Notes: generated by a model from the sequence alone, not told the origin. A DNA stretch of 64,000 nucleotides from Vulcanimicrobiota bacterium (GCA_963733295.1 CAVTCS010000003.1:1600001-1664000); one strand, 5' to 3'; counted from the stretch's first letter, positions 21,232 to 32,838 are shown. Numbers and translations are program-made.

Positions 21232-23378
21232 GCTCCGACCTGTTGCGGTTCCGTTTCAGGCGCTTCGCCGATCGCGCCGGTGTCGTGCGTCTTGTCGGCG
21301 TGGCACTCGAAGGTCAACACCCCGCGCTTCGACTTCGCGACGACGTAGCTGCCGCAGACCGGACACGGCTCGGGAACGACGCGATCCCATGACACGAAGT
21401 CGCAGGCGGGGTAGTTCGCGCAACCGTAAAACGTGCGGCCGCGGCGCGAGCGCCGCTCGACGACCTTCCCGCCGTCTTTGGGGCAAAGCGCGCCCGTCTC
21501 TTTCAGGATCGGCTTCGTCGTCTTGCACTCGGGATAGCCCGTGCACGAGATGAAGCGCCCGAAGCGCCCGGTCTTGATGACCATCGGCAGCCCGCACTTT
21601 TCGCAGACCTCGTCGGTCGGCTCGTCTTTGATCTCGAGCTTGGGGAGTTTGCGTTCGGCTTCTTCGAGATCGTGTTCGAAGGGCCCGTAGAAGGCGCGCA
21701 GCACGTCGACCCAGTCCATCTTCTGGTCTTCGACCTGGTCGAGTTCGCCTTCCATCTTCGCCGTGTAGCGCAGGTCCATGATGCCGGTGAAGTGCTCTTG
21801 GAGCAGGTCGTTGACGGCAATTCCGATCTCGGTCGGGTGGAACCGGCGCTCGATCTGCTCGACGTAGCGCCGGGTCTGGATCGTCTCCACGATCGAGCTA
21901 TAGGTCGAGGGCCGGCCGATGCCGTTTTCCTCGAGCGATTTCACGAGCGAGGCTTCGGTGAAACGCGGCGGCGGTTCGGTAAAGTGCTGCTTGGACTCGA
22001 TCGACTTCTTGTCGAGCCCGTCGCCTGCGGCGAGCTGGGGAAGCGGGATGCGCGAAGCCTTGCCGTTCTTCGGGGCGGCGGCGTCGGCCATGTCGTCGTC
22101 CTTGCCCTCTTCGTAGACGGCGGTGTAGCCGGCAAACTTCAGCACGCTTCCGGTGGCGCGGAACAGATACCGGGCGTTACCGCGCAGCGGTCTGGCTGCG
22201 ATGTCGACCGAGGTTTGGTCGTAGACCGCGGCAGCCATCTGCGAGGCGACGAAACGTTCCCAGATCAGTTGATACAGCCGAAGCTCGTCACGTTTGAGCA
22301 CGCCGGCCAAGGATGCCGGCGTGCGCCGAAGGTCGGTCGGGCGGATCGCCTCGTGTGCGTCCTGTGCGCCCTCGCGCACTTTGTGCGTGCGCGGCCCGTG
22401 ATACGCGACACCATAGGTCTGCTCGATGAAGCTTTTCGCGGCGTCGCGCGCGCTGTCGGCGATACGCGTCGAGTCGGTGCGCATGTAGGTGATGAGGCCC
22501 TGAGTCCCCTCGGTCCCGAGATCGACGCCCTCGTACAGCGCCTGGGCGACCTGCATCGCTTTGCGGACGCGGAAGCGCAGCTTACGCGAGGCTTCCTGTT
22601 GCAAGGTCGAGGTCGTGAACGGCGCGGCCGGGTTGCGGCGCGTTTCGCGCTGCTTGACCGCCGCAACCTCGAAGCTCGCCCCTTCCAAATCGGCCAGGAT
22701 TTGATCGGCCCTGCCGCCATTGCCGATCTCGGCCTTCTCGCCGTCGACCTCGCTGAGGTCGGCGGGAAAGACCAGTTCGTCGCCCGGCTTTTGAAACTGT
22801 GCGCCGATCGTCCAGTATTCGCGCGGAACGAAGCGCTCGATCTCGCGCTCGCGGTCGACGATCAGCTTGACCGCGACCGATTGCACCCTCCCGGCGGAGA
22901 GCCCGCCGCGCACCTTCGCCCACAGCAAGGGCGAGATCTTATAGCCGACGAGACGGTCGAGAATCCGGCGCGCCTGCTGCGCGTTCACCCGGTCCATGTC
23001 GATCGAATGCGGTTCCGCCAGCGCTTTGAGCGCGGCATCCTTGGTGATCTCGTGGAGTTCGATGCGCTTGGGGTTTTCGAGCTTGAGGAGTTCGGCCAGG
23101 TGCCACGCGATCGCTTCGCCTTCGCGGTCGGGGTCCGTCGCCAGGTAGACGTCGGTCGCCGATTTGGCCGCGCTGCGGAGCTCTTTGATGACGTCGCCCT
23201 TCCCTTTAATAGTCAAGTAGCGCGGGGCGAAATCGTGCTCGACGTCGACGCCGAGCGTGCTTTTCGGGAGGTCGCGGACGTGCCCGACGGAGGCCTTTAC
23301 GACGTACCGGGGCGGCAAGAACTTCTTGATCGTACGCGCTTTCGTCGGCGATTCGACGATGATCAGCGGCTTTTTCAA
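21228..23378 (-). CDS. topA: DNA topoisomerase I with C-terminal Zn-ribbon repeats
   Basis: IVESPTKA, ATDPDREGE, SAGRVQ, ITYMRTDS, GIGRPSTY, Cys repeats. TTG start behind GAGGAG. Confidence 0.97.
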   Translation of the reverse strand: MKKPLIIVESPTKARTIKKFLPPRYVVKASVGHVRDLPKSTLGVDVEHDFAPRYLTIKGKGDVIKELRSAAKSATDVYLATDPDREGEAIAWHLAELLKLENPKRIELHEITKDAALKALAEPHSIDMDRVNAQQARRILDRLVGYKISPLLWAKVRGGLSAGRVQSVAVKLIVDREREIERFVPREYWTIGAQFQKPGDELVFPADLSEVDGEKAEIGNGGRADQILADLEGASFEVAAVKQRETRRNPAAPFTTSTLQQEASRKLRFRVRKAMQVAQALYEGVDLGTEGTQGLITYMRTDSTRIADSARDAAKSFIEQTYGVAYHGPRTHKVREGAQDAHEAIRPTDLRRTPASLAGVLKRDELRLYQLIWERFVASQMAAAVYDQTSVDIAARPLRGNARYLFRATGSVLKFAGYTAVYEEGKDDDMADAAAPKNGKASRIPLPQLAAGDGLDKKSIESKQHFTEPPPRFTEASLVKSLEENGIGRPSTYSSIVETIQTRRYVEQIERRFHPTEIGIAVNDLLQEHFTGIMDLRYTAKMEGELDQVEDQKMDWVDVLRAFYGPFEHDLEEAERKLPKLEIKDEPTDEVCEKCGLPMVIKTGRFGRFISCTGYPECKTTKPILKETGALCPKDGGKVVERRSRRGRTFYGCANYPACDFVSWDRVVPEPCPVCGSYVVAKSKRGVLTFECHADKTHDTGAIGEAPETEPQQVGA

Positions 23379-23521
23379 ACTCTCCTCAGTTCGCCCCCCG
23401 GGGGTCCCGACGGCTTGGCGAAAACGCCCTTAGTATAGCGCCGCCGTCAAGCCCGGCGCAAAAAACGGCGCCGGCAACGTGCCCGCGAGTCACGTTTTCG
23501 CACGCGCGCAACGCGCAAATG

Positions 23522-23550
23522 TTGCATAAATTCGTGATGCAGTATAAGAT
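23522..23550 (+). promoter_or_regulatory. Sigma70-type promoter of the histone-like gene
   Basis: TTGCAT-17 nt-TAAGAT. Confidence 0.6.
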
Positions 23551-23621
23551 GCACACAAAGACGTCGGCAGCGAGTCGGCGTTCGCACATTTCCGATCGCC
23601 CATGCGGGCGAGGAGGGATTC

Positions 23622-23927
23622 TTGGAGCCAGAAAACACCGACCACGAAGAGGCGATCGAGGGGCTACGAAAAGCCGTCCGGCGCAGAATCGTCCGTAAAG
23701 CCGTTCGTCGCAAGGTGGCTAAGAAGGCTATCCGCAGAAAGGTCGTCAAGAAGGCCGTTCGCAGGAAGGCCGTCAAGAAGGCCGTTCGCAGGAAGGTCGT
23801 CAAGAAGGCCGTTCGCCGAAAGGTCGTCAAGAAGGCCGTCCGCAGAAAGGCCGTCAAGAAGGCCGTTCGCCGCAAGGCCGTCAAGAAGGCCGTTCGCCGC
23901 AAGGGCCGCCGCAAGAAGAAATCCTAG
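23622..23927 (+). CDS. Highly basic histone H1/protamine-like repeat protein
   Basis: GAGGAGGG RBS, TTG start, acidic N-terminus, tandem KKAVRRK(V/A)V units, own promoter and terminator. Confidence 0.8.
   Translation: MEPENTDHEEAIEGLRKAVRRRIVRKAVRRKVAKKAIRRKVVKKAVRRKAVKKAVRRKVVKKAVRRKVVKKAVRRKAVKKAVRRKAVKKAVRRKGRRKKKS
23667..23912 (+). repeat. Coding tandem repeat, 27-bp unit, about 8-9 copies
   Basis: Recurrent GTCAAGAAGGCCGTTCGC core with mostly third-position variation. Confidence 0.9.
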
Positions 23928-23950
23928 TCCCGGGAAGCGGATTCCGTGAG

Positions 23951-23979
23951 GAGCGATCGCGACAGCGGTCGCTCTTTTT

Positions 23980-23981
<2 letters not shown>
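23951..23981 (+). terminator. Rho-independent terminator
   Basis: GAGCGATCGC-GACA-GCGGTCGCTC followed by T7. Confidence 0.85.
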
Positions 23982-25025
<1,044 letters not shown>

Positions 25026-25029
<4 letters not shown>

Positions 25030-26084
25030 GCCGGGATCACCGCGTCAAGCGATGCTCCGGCTTCCGAATCCGGGATCTTGGGGGCGGAGACGACCTTGAG
25101 CGTGCGCTCGGATTCCGTGGCCGCGTCGTACAAAAAGCAGCGCGCGATGTGACCCGTTCCGAAATCGTAGAGCGGTACGGGCTTGTCGCAGACGGGCATC
25201 CGGTATTTGCAGCGCGGCGCGAAGGCGCAGCCGGGCGGCAACCGTAGTAGGTTCGGCGGCTGACCTTCGATCGGCACGAGGCGCCCGCGCGAGCTCTCGT
25301 CGAGCCGCGGCAACGAGGCCAGCAAACCCATCGTGTAGGGATGCTTCGGCGCCGAGAAAATCTGCTCGGCGGTTCCATATTCGACCAGATTTCCCGCGTA
25401 CATCACGAGGACGTACTGACAAGTCTCGGCGACGACGCCCAAGTCGTGCGTGATCATGATGATCGCCGACCCCAAACGCGCCTGCATCTCGTTCATCAAG
25501 TCGAGGATTTGCGCCTGAATCGTCACGTCGAGAGCGGTCGTCGGCTCGTCCGCGATCAGCACCTCGGGATCGCACGATAGGGCCATCGCGATCATGACGC
25601 GCTGGCGCATGCCTCCCGAGAGCTGGTGCGGATACTCGTTGACGCGCTTCTCGGGCAAGGGGATGCGAACGACCCTGAGCATGTCGATCGTCTTGGCGAG
25701 CGCGTCGCGTTTGTTAAGTTTCAGGTGCAGCCGGACGGCCTCTGAGATCTGATCGCCGACCGTCAAGACCGGATTGAGCGAGGTCATCGGGTCTTGGAAA
25801 ATCATCGCGACGTCTTTGCCGCGAATCTTGCGCATCTCGGGCTCGCTCTTGGCAAGCAGATTCTCGCCGCGCAGCGTGATCGTGCCGCTCTCGATCCGGC
25901 CGGGCGGGGTCGGGATCAGGCGCATGATCGAGAGCGCGTTGACCGATTTTCCAGATCCCGATTCGCCGACGATGCCGAGCGTCGAGCCGGCCTCGACCGA
26001 ATACGATAAACCGTTGACCGCACTCACGGGGCCATCGTCGGTCCTAAAACGGACCCGGAGATTCTTGACCTCGAGAAGTGCCAA
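25026..26084 (-). CDS. Oligopeptide/dipeptide ABC transporter ATPase (OppD/DppD-like)
   Basis: [28 protein letters not shown]. Confidence 0.95.
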
Positions 26085-26135
26085 GCCGGCCGCTCCTACC
26101 GTCCGGCCCCGTCGCTCGGCGTGGAAACTAGCACA

Positions 26136-26540
26136 CTAGATGCCGCTCAAGCTGACGATGAGTCCGAAAAAGACGAAGCCGATCGCGACGATGCTCGTTA
26201 TGCGCTGCAGTTGCTGGTCGAACCCCAAACGCGGGCGATAGGCTGCCTCGACGCGCCCGCCGATGGTGCCGGTTAGACCCTCTTGCTTCGTCGTCTGAAT
26301 CGCCAAGAGCACGACCAGGGAGACCGCGCAGATCAAGAACCCGGCGGCAAAAGTGTGAGTCAACCACGGAAAATTGCGGGCGAGTGCCGATGAGGGGTGC
26401 TGCAAATTCTGGATCTGCTGCAGCAACGCCGGCGAAAGGGTCGCGGCCGGATTGGGTACTCCATGGCTCGCCGGAATCGGTAAGCTCGGCAAGCTCGGTG
26501 GAGCCGCCGTGGCGGCGGCAAGAAGCGAAGCGAAACTCAT
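26136..26540 (-). CDS. secG: Preprotein translocase subunit SecG with N-terminal extension
   Basis: [20 protein letters not shown]...LQRIT-TM core. ATG 26540. Confidence 0.8.
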   Translation of the reverse strand: MSFASLLAAATAAPPSLPSLPIPASHGVPNPAATLSPALLQQIQNLQHPSSALARNFPWLTHTFAAGFLICAVSLVVLLAIQTTKQEGLTGTIGGRVEAAYRPRLGFDQQLQRITSIVAIGFVFFGLIVSLSGI

Positions 26541-26589
26541 CACGATGATAGGAACGATCTTCTCATGACAATCGGCGCCTGTTCGACGC

Positions 26590-28476
26590 CTAGCGGACCG
26601 ATGCCGCTTCCTGAAAAGCCCTGATCCGGGCCGCCAGGCTCTCGCCCGAAAGTCCGAAGGTGGCTCGCTGCTGAGGCTGCTTGTCATGCTGGATGAGCAC
26701 GTGGGGAACGCCGATCCGCATGATCGAAACGCCGAGGTCCCGGTCTGAGGCGAACTCGACGACCGCCGAGCCGAAGCCGCCGGCCAGCGAGTGTTCTTCA
26801 AGCGTGATGAAGCGCTTGTGCGTGGGGGCCAACTCGAGCAGCAGCGCTTCGTCGAGCGGACGCACGAAGCGCATGTTGACCACCGTCGGGCGCGGAGCGT
26901 CGGCCGGCAGCAGGTCGTAAGCGTCGAGCGCGACGTCGCACGTATTACCCAGCGCGAGCAGCGCGATACCCTCGCCGCGGCGCAGGACCTCCGCGCGACC
27001 GTGCACGATCGGAGCGGGCGGCTCGAGGTGTTTTCCGTTCGAGTTTCCGCGCGGATAGCGCAGCGCGACCGGCGCACCGAGGCTGAGCGCGTGCTCGAGC
27101 ATCGGCCCGACCTCGTCCTCGATGCGGGGAGCCATGATCGTCATGTGCGGCAGCGTCCGCAGATAGGCGATGTCGTAAAGACCCATGTGGGTAGGACCGT
27201 CGTCGCCGGCGAAGCCGGCGCGATCCATCGCAAAGACCACCGGCAAATTTTGGACCACGACGTCGTGCACGACCTGATCGTAGGCGCGCTGCAAGAAGGT
27301 CGAGTAGATCGCGACGACCGGCTTGATTCCCGCCGTTGCGGTCCCGGCCGCGAAGCACACCGCGTGCGCTTCGGCGATGCCCACGTCGAAGTAGCGGTCC
27401 GGATGCTTCTTGGCGAACTTGGAGAGCTTCGTGCCGTCCGGCATCGCGGCGGTAATTCCGATGACGCTCTTGTCGCGGTCGGCGATCGCGGTTAGCGCTT
27501 CACCGAAAGCGTCTGAAAACGTCGGGCGCGTGCCGGCGGTGAAAACGATCTTGCCGTTTTCCAGCTCGAACGGACCGCAGCCGTGGAAGGTCCGCTTATC
27601 GAGCTCGGCCGGCTCGAAGCCTTTGCCTTTGACGGTCTTGACGTGCAGCAGCACGGGGCCGGGGATCTTGCGTGCGTTGGAGATCACGTCGACGAGCACG
27701 TCGAAATCGTGTCCGTCGATCGGCCCGACGTAGCGGAAACCCATCTCCTCGAAGATCACGGCCGCTTTCGGCTCGCTCGAGGTGAAGCGCATCGCGGCTT
27801 CTTCCCACGTCGAAAGCGCCTTGCGCGCGGTATCCCCGAAGGGAACGCGCTCCAGCAGACCCTTCGTTTTTTCGCGCGCGAAGTTGAAGAGCGGCTTCGA
27901 TCGCAGCGTTCCGAGGTACTTGTCGATCGCACCCACGTTGGGAGCGATCGACATCTCGTTGTCGTTGAGGATGACGAGAAAGTTACTCTTGAGCTGGCCC
28001 GCGTTGTTGATCGCTTCGTAGGCCAAGCCGCCGGTGAGCGCACCGTCGCCGATGATCGCGACGACGGTCTCGTTGCTGCCGGCCAGATCGCGCGCCTGCG
28101 CCATGCCCAGCGCCGCCGAGATCGACGTCGAGGCGTGACCCGCGCCGAACACGTCGTACTCCGACTCGCTGCGCATCGCGAAGCCGGAAAGACCGCCGCC
28201 CTTGCGAATCGTCATGATCCGGTCGTACCGGCCGGTCAGCATCTTGTGCACGTAGACCTGATGACTGACGTCCCACACGATGCGGTCGCGCGGGCTGTTG
28301 AGCACGCGATGCAGGGCCAGCGTCAGCTCGACGACGCCGAGGTTCGGCGCAAGATGACCGCCGTTCTTCGCGCACGCGTCCACCAGCACTTCGCGGATCT
28401 CTCCCGCGAGAACGTTGATGTCGGCGCGCGAGAGCTTCTTGATGTCCTTGGGCGACTTGATCCGCTCGATAACCAT
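26590..28476 (-). CDS. dxs: 1-deoxy-D-xylulose-5-phosphate synthase
   Basis: GGHLAPNLG, GAGHASTS, GDGALTGG, DVGIAE, YSTFLQRAYD, DGPTH. ATG 28476 behind AAGGAG. Confidence 0.97.
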   Translation of the reverse strand: MVIERIKSPKDIKKLSRADINVLAGEIREVLVDACAKNGGHLAPNLGVVELTLALHRVLNSPRDRIVWDVSHQVYVHKMLTGRYDRIMTIRKGGGLSGFAMRSESEYDVFGAGHASTSISAALGMAQARDLAGSNETVVAIIGDGALTGGLAYEAINNAGQLKSNFLVILNDNEMSIAPNVGAIDKYLGTLRSKPLFNFAREKTKGLLERVPFGDTARKALSTWEEAAMRFTSSEPKAAVIFEEMGFRYVGPIDGHDFDVLVDVISNARKIPGPVLLHVKTVKGKGFEPAELDKRTFHGCGPFELENGKIVFTAGTRPTFSDAFGEALTAIADRDKSVIGITAAMPDGTKLSKFAKKHPDRYFDVGIAEAHAVCFAAGTATAGIKPVVAIYSTFLQRAYDQVVHDVVVQNLPVVFAMDRAGFAGDDGPTHMGLYDIAYLRTLPHMTIMAPRIEDEVGPMLEHALSLGAPVALRYPRGNSNGKHLEPPAPIVHGRAEVLRRGEGIALLALGNTCDVALDAYDLLPADAPRPTVVNMRFVRPLDEALLLELAPTHKRFITLEEHSLAGGFGSAVVEFASDRDLGVSIMRIGVPHVLIQHDKQPQQRATFGLSGESLAARIRAFQEAASVR

Positions 28477-28556
28477 TGGGGCTCCTTTAGACGGCCACCA
28501 CGCCTTTTCCCCATGCGGCGCGAGGCGCTTCGCCCCACCCGACAAGGGTCGCCGGC

Positions 28557-29222
28557 GTGGCCCGCAGCACACAAAAGCCGATGTCGCTCCGTCCCGTACC
28601 GCGCGTAGTCCCCATCCCGCTAAGCCGCCGGCGCCGGGTGCTGACCGACTTGGCGCGCATCGTCTCTACCATCTTTAACCCGTTCCTAACCGCGCTCGCC
28701 CTGTTCGTGATCCTGGCGCACGCCTCGGCGGCCGACACCGCCGGCTTTTGGCGGATGTTGTTCCTGTGCACCTTCTTCACTTCGATCGGACCGATGCTGT
28801 ACGTCTTGTGGCTCTATGCCACCGATCGCATCGCCGACCTCGACATGTCGGTCCGCGGCGAACGGGAAAAGGTCTTCTTCACCTTCGTTCTCTTCTACGC
28901 CCTGGGCTCGCTCACGCTCTGGCTGGTGCACGCTCCGGCGGTCCTCGTCGCGACGATGTCGGCGTACACGATCGCGGCGCTCGTCGTGCAGTACATCACT
29001 CGTTACTGGAAGATCTCGACTCACGCGTTGGGAATTACCGCGCCGCTCGTCGGGTTGACCTACCTGTACGGACAGCAGCCGCTGCCGTTCTTGGTCCTGA
29101 TCCCACTCGTCGGCTGGTCGCGCGTCTATCTGCGCGCGCATACGATCCTTCAGGTGCTGGCCGGAATGGTTCTCGGGCTGCTCTCGGTGCTCGCCTTCTA
29201 TCACGCGTTCCGCTTGATGTAA
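28557..29222 (+). CDS. PAP2-superfamily membrane protein
   Basis: Multiple TM helices; KISTH and WSRVYLRAHT motifs. Confidence 0.8.
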   Translation: MARSTQKPMSLRPVPRVVPIPLSRRRRVLTDLARIVSTIFNPFLTALALFVILAHASAADTAGFWRMLFLCTFFTSIGPMLYVLWLYATDRIADLDMSVRGEREKVFFTFVLFYALGSLTLWLVHAPAVLVATMSAYTIAALVVQYITRYWKISTHALGITAPLVGLTYLYGQQPLPFLVLIPLVGWSRVYLRAHTILQVLAGMVLGLLSVLAFYHAFRLM

Positions 29223-30013
29223 GGGTCCGGACGCCTCGCCGCAGCAGGCAAAGCGACGATCTCGTCATACCGGCCGAGCGGACCCACGAGCGCTTCGAGG
29301 GCGCGTTGCAAGGGCTCGAGCGGACCAGTCGTGACGTAGCGCGTGCGGCCGCTGCCGCGCAGTTTCGCGGAACGCGCGAAGGTTTCGACGCGTCGCGCTT
29401 GGCTCTCGGCGGGATCGATGCGGATGACGTTCGGGCCGAACACCGCTGCGAAGTGTTCGTCGAGGAGAGGGTAGTGGGTGCAAGCCAACACCAGCGCGTC
29501 GAGCGGGTTCGCGAACGCGGCCAGGGTGGCGACGACGGCGGCGCGGGGTTCGGGGCCCGAAAGCTTTTGCGCTTCGACGAGCGGAACGAGAGCTGGAGCG
29601 GCTACCTCTTGGACGTCGAGCCCGGCGGAAATGCGGCGGATCGCGTTCCCGTAAGCGCCGGAGTTCGTGGTTGCAGTCGTCGCCAGGACGCCGATACGTT
29701 GCGCGCCGGTCCGCGCGACGGCTTCGGCGGCGGCTTCGATCAAGTCGAAGATCGGAACGCCGGCAGGCGGCCAGCCGAATTGCGCGGCGATCGCACAGGA
29801 GGTGTTGCAGCCCATGACGATGCCCGAAACACGCTCAGCGTCGAGGTAACCGATGTTGGCCCGGAGCAGCTGCGCGAGGTCTTCGTTCGTGCGGTCGCCA
29901 TACGGGACGTGGGCTTGATCGGCGAGATAGACGAGGTCGATGTCGGGCAAGCGTGCGCGCAGGCTGCGTAAGACCGTGAGGCCGCCGAGCCCCGAGTCAA
30001 AGATCCCGAGGAT
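29201..30013 (-). CDS. murI: Glutamate racemase
   Basis: GIFDSGLGGLTV, PYG, GCNTS, ACTHYP. No canonical start nearby; ATC at 30013 sits where the Met is expected. Confidence 0.93.
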   Translation of the reverse strand: MLGIFDSGLGGLTVLRSLRARLPDIDLVYLADQAHVPYGDRTNEDLAQLLRANIGYLDAERVSGIVMGCNTSCAIAAQFGWPPAGVPIFDLIEAAAEAVARTGAQRIGVLATTATTNSGAYGNAIRRISAGLDVQEVAAPALVPLVEAQKLSGPEPRAAVVATLAAFANPLDALVLACTHYPLLDEHFAAVFGPNVIRIDPAESQARRVETFARSAKLRGSGRTRYVTTGPLEPLQRALEALVGPLGRYDEIVALPAAARRPDPYIKRNA

Positions 30014-30014
30014 G

Positions 30015-32054
30015 TCAGGTTCCGTCCGTTTGCGGCGGCGTCGTGCCGGAAGCGTAGTCGCCGATCCCGTCGGCGATCGAGGCTGCGACCTTTTGCAGGA
30101 AGGCCGGGGAGTGGAGCAGCGCCGCGTCGTCGGGATTCGAGAGGAAAGCAGTTTCGACGAGCGCGGCGGGCATTCTCGCATGATGCAGAACGTAAAAGTT
30201 TTCCTTGCGCACGCCGTCGTCTTTGGTTCCAAGCGACGCGATGAGGCGCCGGTGAATCGCTTCCGCGAGCGACAGATCGCCGCTCTTGAAATAGTAGGTC
30301 GTCGTGCCGTTGAGGCCCGAGGAGGTGAAGCTGTTGACGTGCACGCTCACGAACATCCGCGCGCCCGCGTTGTTCGCGACGTCGTCGCGCGCCTGAAGCT
30401 CGTCGTGGGCCGAGTCGTTGGGCGCATACACGTCGCTGTCGTCGCTGCGCGTGAGTTTAACCTGCCAGCCGCGTGCCAGTAAGAGCGCGCGGAGGCGCAT
30501 GGAGATGTCGAGCGTGAGGTCCTTTTCCGTCAGACCGTTGTGCGCCGCGCCGGTGTCGCTGCCGCCATGGCCCGGGTCGATCACGATCAGCTTGGGGTTG
30601 AGAGTGGGAGCAAACTTCCAAGGCGTTTCGAGCGGGGCCGGCGTGTCGTCGGGCGGTGCGGCCGCAAGCGGCGCCACAGCGGCCGGGCCCGTTCCAAATT
30701 GACCGTTTCCGGTGCGGAGTCCGGAAACGTCGTCGACCGGATTGACCGCGAGCGTCAAGCCGCCGTCGTTGGGAACGATGTCGACCTCACGCTGCGAACT
30801 CAGCGTAAGCGCGATCCGTACGGTCGGAACCGGCGTGGTCGCGGTTTGCCGGGCTCGAACCGCAAGCAACGAGCCGGAGGGCAGCGCTTGTTCTTGCGCG
30901 GGCAGCGCGAGTTGCGCGTTTTGCAGGTCGACGTACCAACGGTTGTCGGAGAGACGGTGCCATTCGTAGGCGAGACTGCCCTCGATCGTGATGCGCACGT
31001 TGGAACCTTGACCGAAAGGGACGATCTCGATTGCGGTGATCTGAGCGGCGGGAGGCGCGGAGGCCGCCGGCGTTGCCGGCCCTCCGAAGGGCGGTACGTT
31101 TTGCGCGCCGCCGGATTGCTCCGATAAGAAATCTTCGCCGCCCGGTACTTCGGGATCGGTGCGGCTCACTGCCCGGCTCGAAGGCAGCGGCGTCGCCGGC
31201 GGTATGCGCGGGTCGCGCACGCTGAGCGGGTTGACCGCGCTCGTTGCGTCGCCGGCCGGGGGCATAGGCGTTCCGCCGAACTGCGCGCCGGGCGGACCGA
31301 ATGCGATTGCGACCTCGTTCGGGGAGGCGGAAGGCACAAGCGCGATCGTCGCGCCGGGCACCGCCCCGAACGTCACGACGGTCGTCGGATTGCGCGGCGT
31401 GCCGCTGACGCTGATGCCGATCGTGCGTAACCCCGCGCCGCCGACTTGACGGTTGCGCTCGAGCGGCGAAGCGAGGCCCAAGAATGCGAGCGACAGCGAG
31501 CCGTCGCCCGCGTCGGCCAGACGCTTGAAGCGAAGGGGTGTCGCGCCGCGCAAGGTGACGACCGTAAGGTGACCGTCCGAACGCGCCTCGAGCCAGGCCA
31601 GCTGCGGCTGCAGGATCGTCTCGCCCGCATCCGGCAGCGGGTCGACGTACAACGCGCGCGCGACCGCATCGAGCGGCAGATAGACGAGTTTGCCGCTGAG
31701 GTACGGAGCGAAGTCCGCGGTCTGCGCAAGACCGTCCACGACGTAATGCGGATCGTCGATCGTGAAGGCGATCGTGCGACGGTCAGCGCTCACGATCGTC
31801 ACCGTTTTCGTTTTGGGATCGTAGGCGAGCGTCGCGCCGGCCTTGGCTAGAATTCGTTCCAGACCCGCGTCGTCGCTCGAAACGGCGATCTCGCCGGCCC
31901 TGACCTGGGGATGTTCGAGGATCAGACGTGTCCCCGCGAACCAAAGATCGGTCGCGTCGAGAGCGCGCGCCGGAGCGAGCGCGGCCCACGCCAGCGCGAG
32001 CGCGAGGACTGACGCGCTACCAGCTTTGCCGAGTAAGCGGCTCGTCGAGCTCAA
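30015..32054 (-). CDS. N-acetylmuramoyl-L-alanine amidase (Amidase_3) with N-terminal stalk/AMIN-like domains
   Basis: Signal peptide; IDPGHGG, EKD, SVHVN, LVETAF. Confidence 0.92.
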   Translation of the reverse strand: MSSTSRLLGKAGSASVLALALAWAALAPARALDATDLWFAGTRLILEHPQVRAGEIAVSSDDAGLERILAKAGATLAYDPKTKTVTIVSADRRTIAFTIDDPHYVVDGLAQTADFAPYLSGKLVYLPLDAVARALYVDPLPDAGETILQPQLAWLEARSDGHLTVVTLRGATPLRFKRLADAGDGSLSLAFLGLASPLERNRQVGGAGLRTIGISVSGTPRNPTTVVTFGAVPGATIALVPSASPNEVAIAFGPPGAQFGGTPMPPAGDATSAVNPLSVRDPRIPPATPLPSSRAVSRTDPEVPGGEDFLSEQSGGAQNVPPFGGPATPAASAPPAAQITAIEIVPFGQGSNVRITIEGSLAYEWHRLSDNRWYVDLQNAQLALPAQEQALPSGSLLAVRARQTATTPVPTVRIALTLSSQREVDIVPNDGGLTLAVNPVDDVSGLRTGNGQFGTGPAAVAPLAAAPPDDTPAPLETPWKFAPTLNPKLIVIDPGHGGSDTGAAHNGLTEKDLTLDISMRLRALLLARGWQVKLTRSDDSDVYAPNDSAHDELQARDDVANNAGARMFVSVHVNSFTSSGLNGTTTYYFKSGDLSLAEAIHRRLIASLGTKDDGVRKENFYVLHHARMPAALVETAFLSNPDDAALLHSPAFLQKVAASIADGIGDYASGTTPPQTDGT

Positions 32055-32517
32055 GATGCCCTCCCGGAAGCGTAGGAACGCGCGCGCCGCCTATCTCGAT
32101 TTGGACCGCGTCGATGCCGGGCAACGCGGTTAAAGTCCAGACGAGAGCTTTAAACTCGCCGCTTTCGGCAAAGCTTCCGCCGCCGTTAGCCGCGAAATCG
32201 CCGCTCAGGTCGACGGTGACCGTCTTCCCTGCAACGACGACGCTGCGCGCGATCGTTCCCGGAGGAAAGCGAATCGCTTCGACGTCCGGAGGCGGTCCAA
32301 CGAGCGCTTGCGCCGTCGCGTAACGCGCCAACTGGTTCACCTCGCGCGGCGTGCCGATGGAAATGTTCCAAGGAACCAGCGTTTGACCGTCGGTTTTGCA
32401 ATAGTAAACGGCAATCGTGTTCCCGGTCGCTTGACCGGCCGGTTTGGCGAAGAAACGGTATCCTGCATACGCGGCCAGGCAAAGCAGCGCGACGAGAACC
32501 AGCGCGCGCGGCCTCAT
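32017..32517 (-). CDS. GerMN-domain protein
   Basis: N-terminal anchor; QALVGP, VDLSGDF, LVWTLT, VQIEIGG. Confidence 0.88.
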   Translation of the reverse strand: MRPRALVLVALLCLAAYAGYRFFAKPAGQATGNTIAVYYCKTDGQTLVPWNISIGTPREVNQLARYATAQALVGPPPDVEAIRFPPGTIARSVVVAGKTVTVDLSGDFAANGGGSFAESGEFKALVWTLTALPGIDAVQIEIGGARVPTLPGGHLELDEPLTRQSW

Positions 32518-32559
32518 TGACCGGCGAAGTTCGCTGCGGCGGCGGCCGCCCCCCGTTCG

Positions 32560-32802
32560 CTACTGCAAGTAGCGTTCGACGGTCTCTTCGTCGCGCAAAG
32601 CCGTCGCGCGTTCGTCCTGACCGAATTCCCGGCGCGCGCGCCTCTGGCGCAGCAAGTCGTAGTAGCGATCGAGTTGCACGTTGACCTCGGCGAGCCTCGC
32701 CCGTTCGTCTTCACCGAGCGGGTGGTCCTCGGCCAGCTCGAGCAAACGATGTTCCTCGGCGACGAGCTCTTCGATATGCTGATGGATCGACGGATCTTTC
32801 AT
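32560..32802 (-). CDS. DUF2630-family small protein
   Basis: IEELVAEEHRL, LDRYYDLLRQRRA, VERYLQ. Confidence 0.85.
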   Translation of the reverse strand: MKDPSIHQHIEELVAEEHRLLELAEDHPLGEDERARLAEVNVQLDRYYDLLRQRRARREFGQDERATALRDEETVERYLQ

Positions 32803-32838
32803 CGGACGTCCTTCTTCGTTCCCGCGCCGCGACTCGCT

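Noticed and set aside
23667..23912. 27-bp periodic repeat as a CRISPR array
   Set aside because: There are no unique spacers and no cas genes. It is an in-frame coding repeat with mostly synonymous variation.
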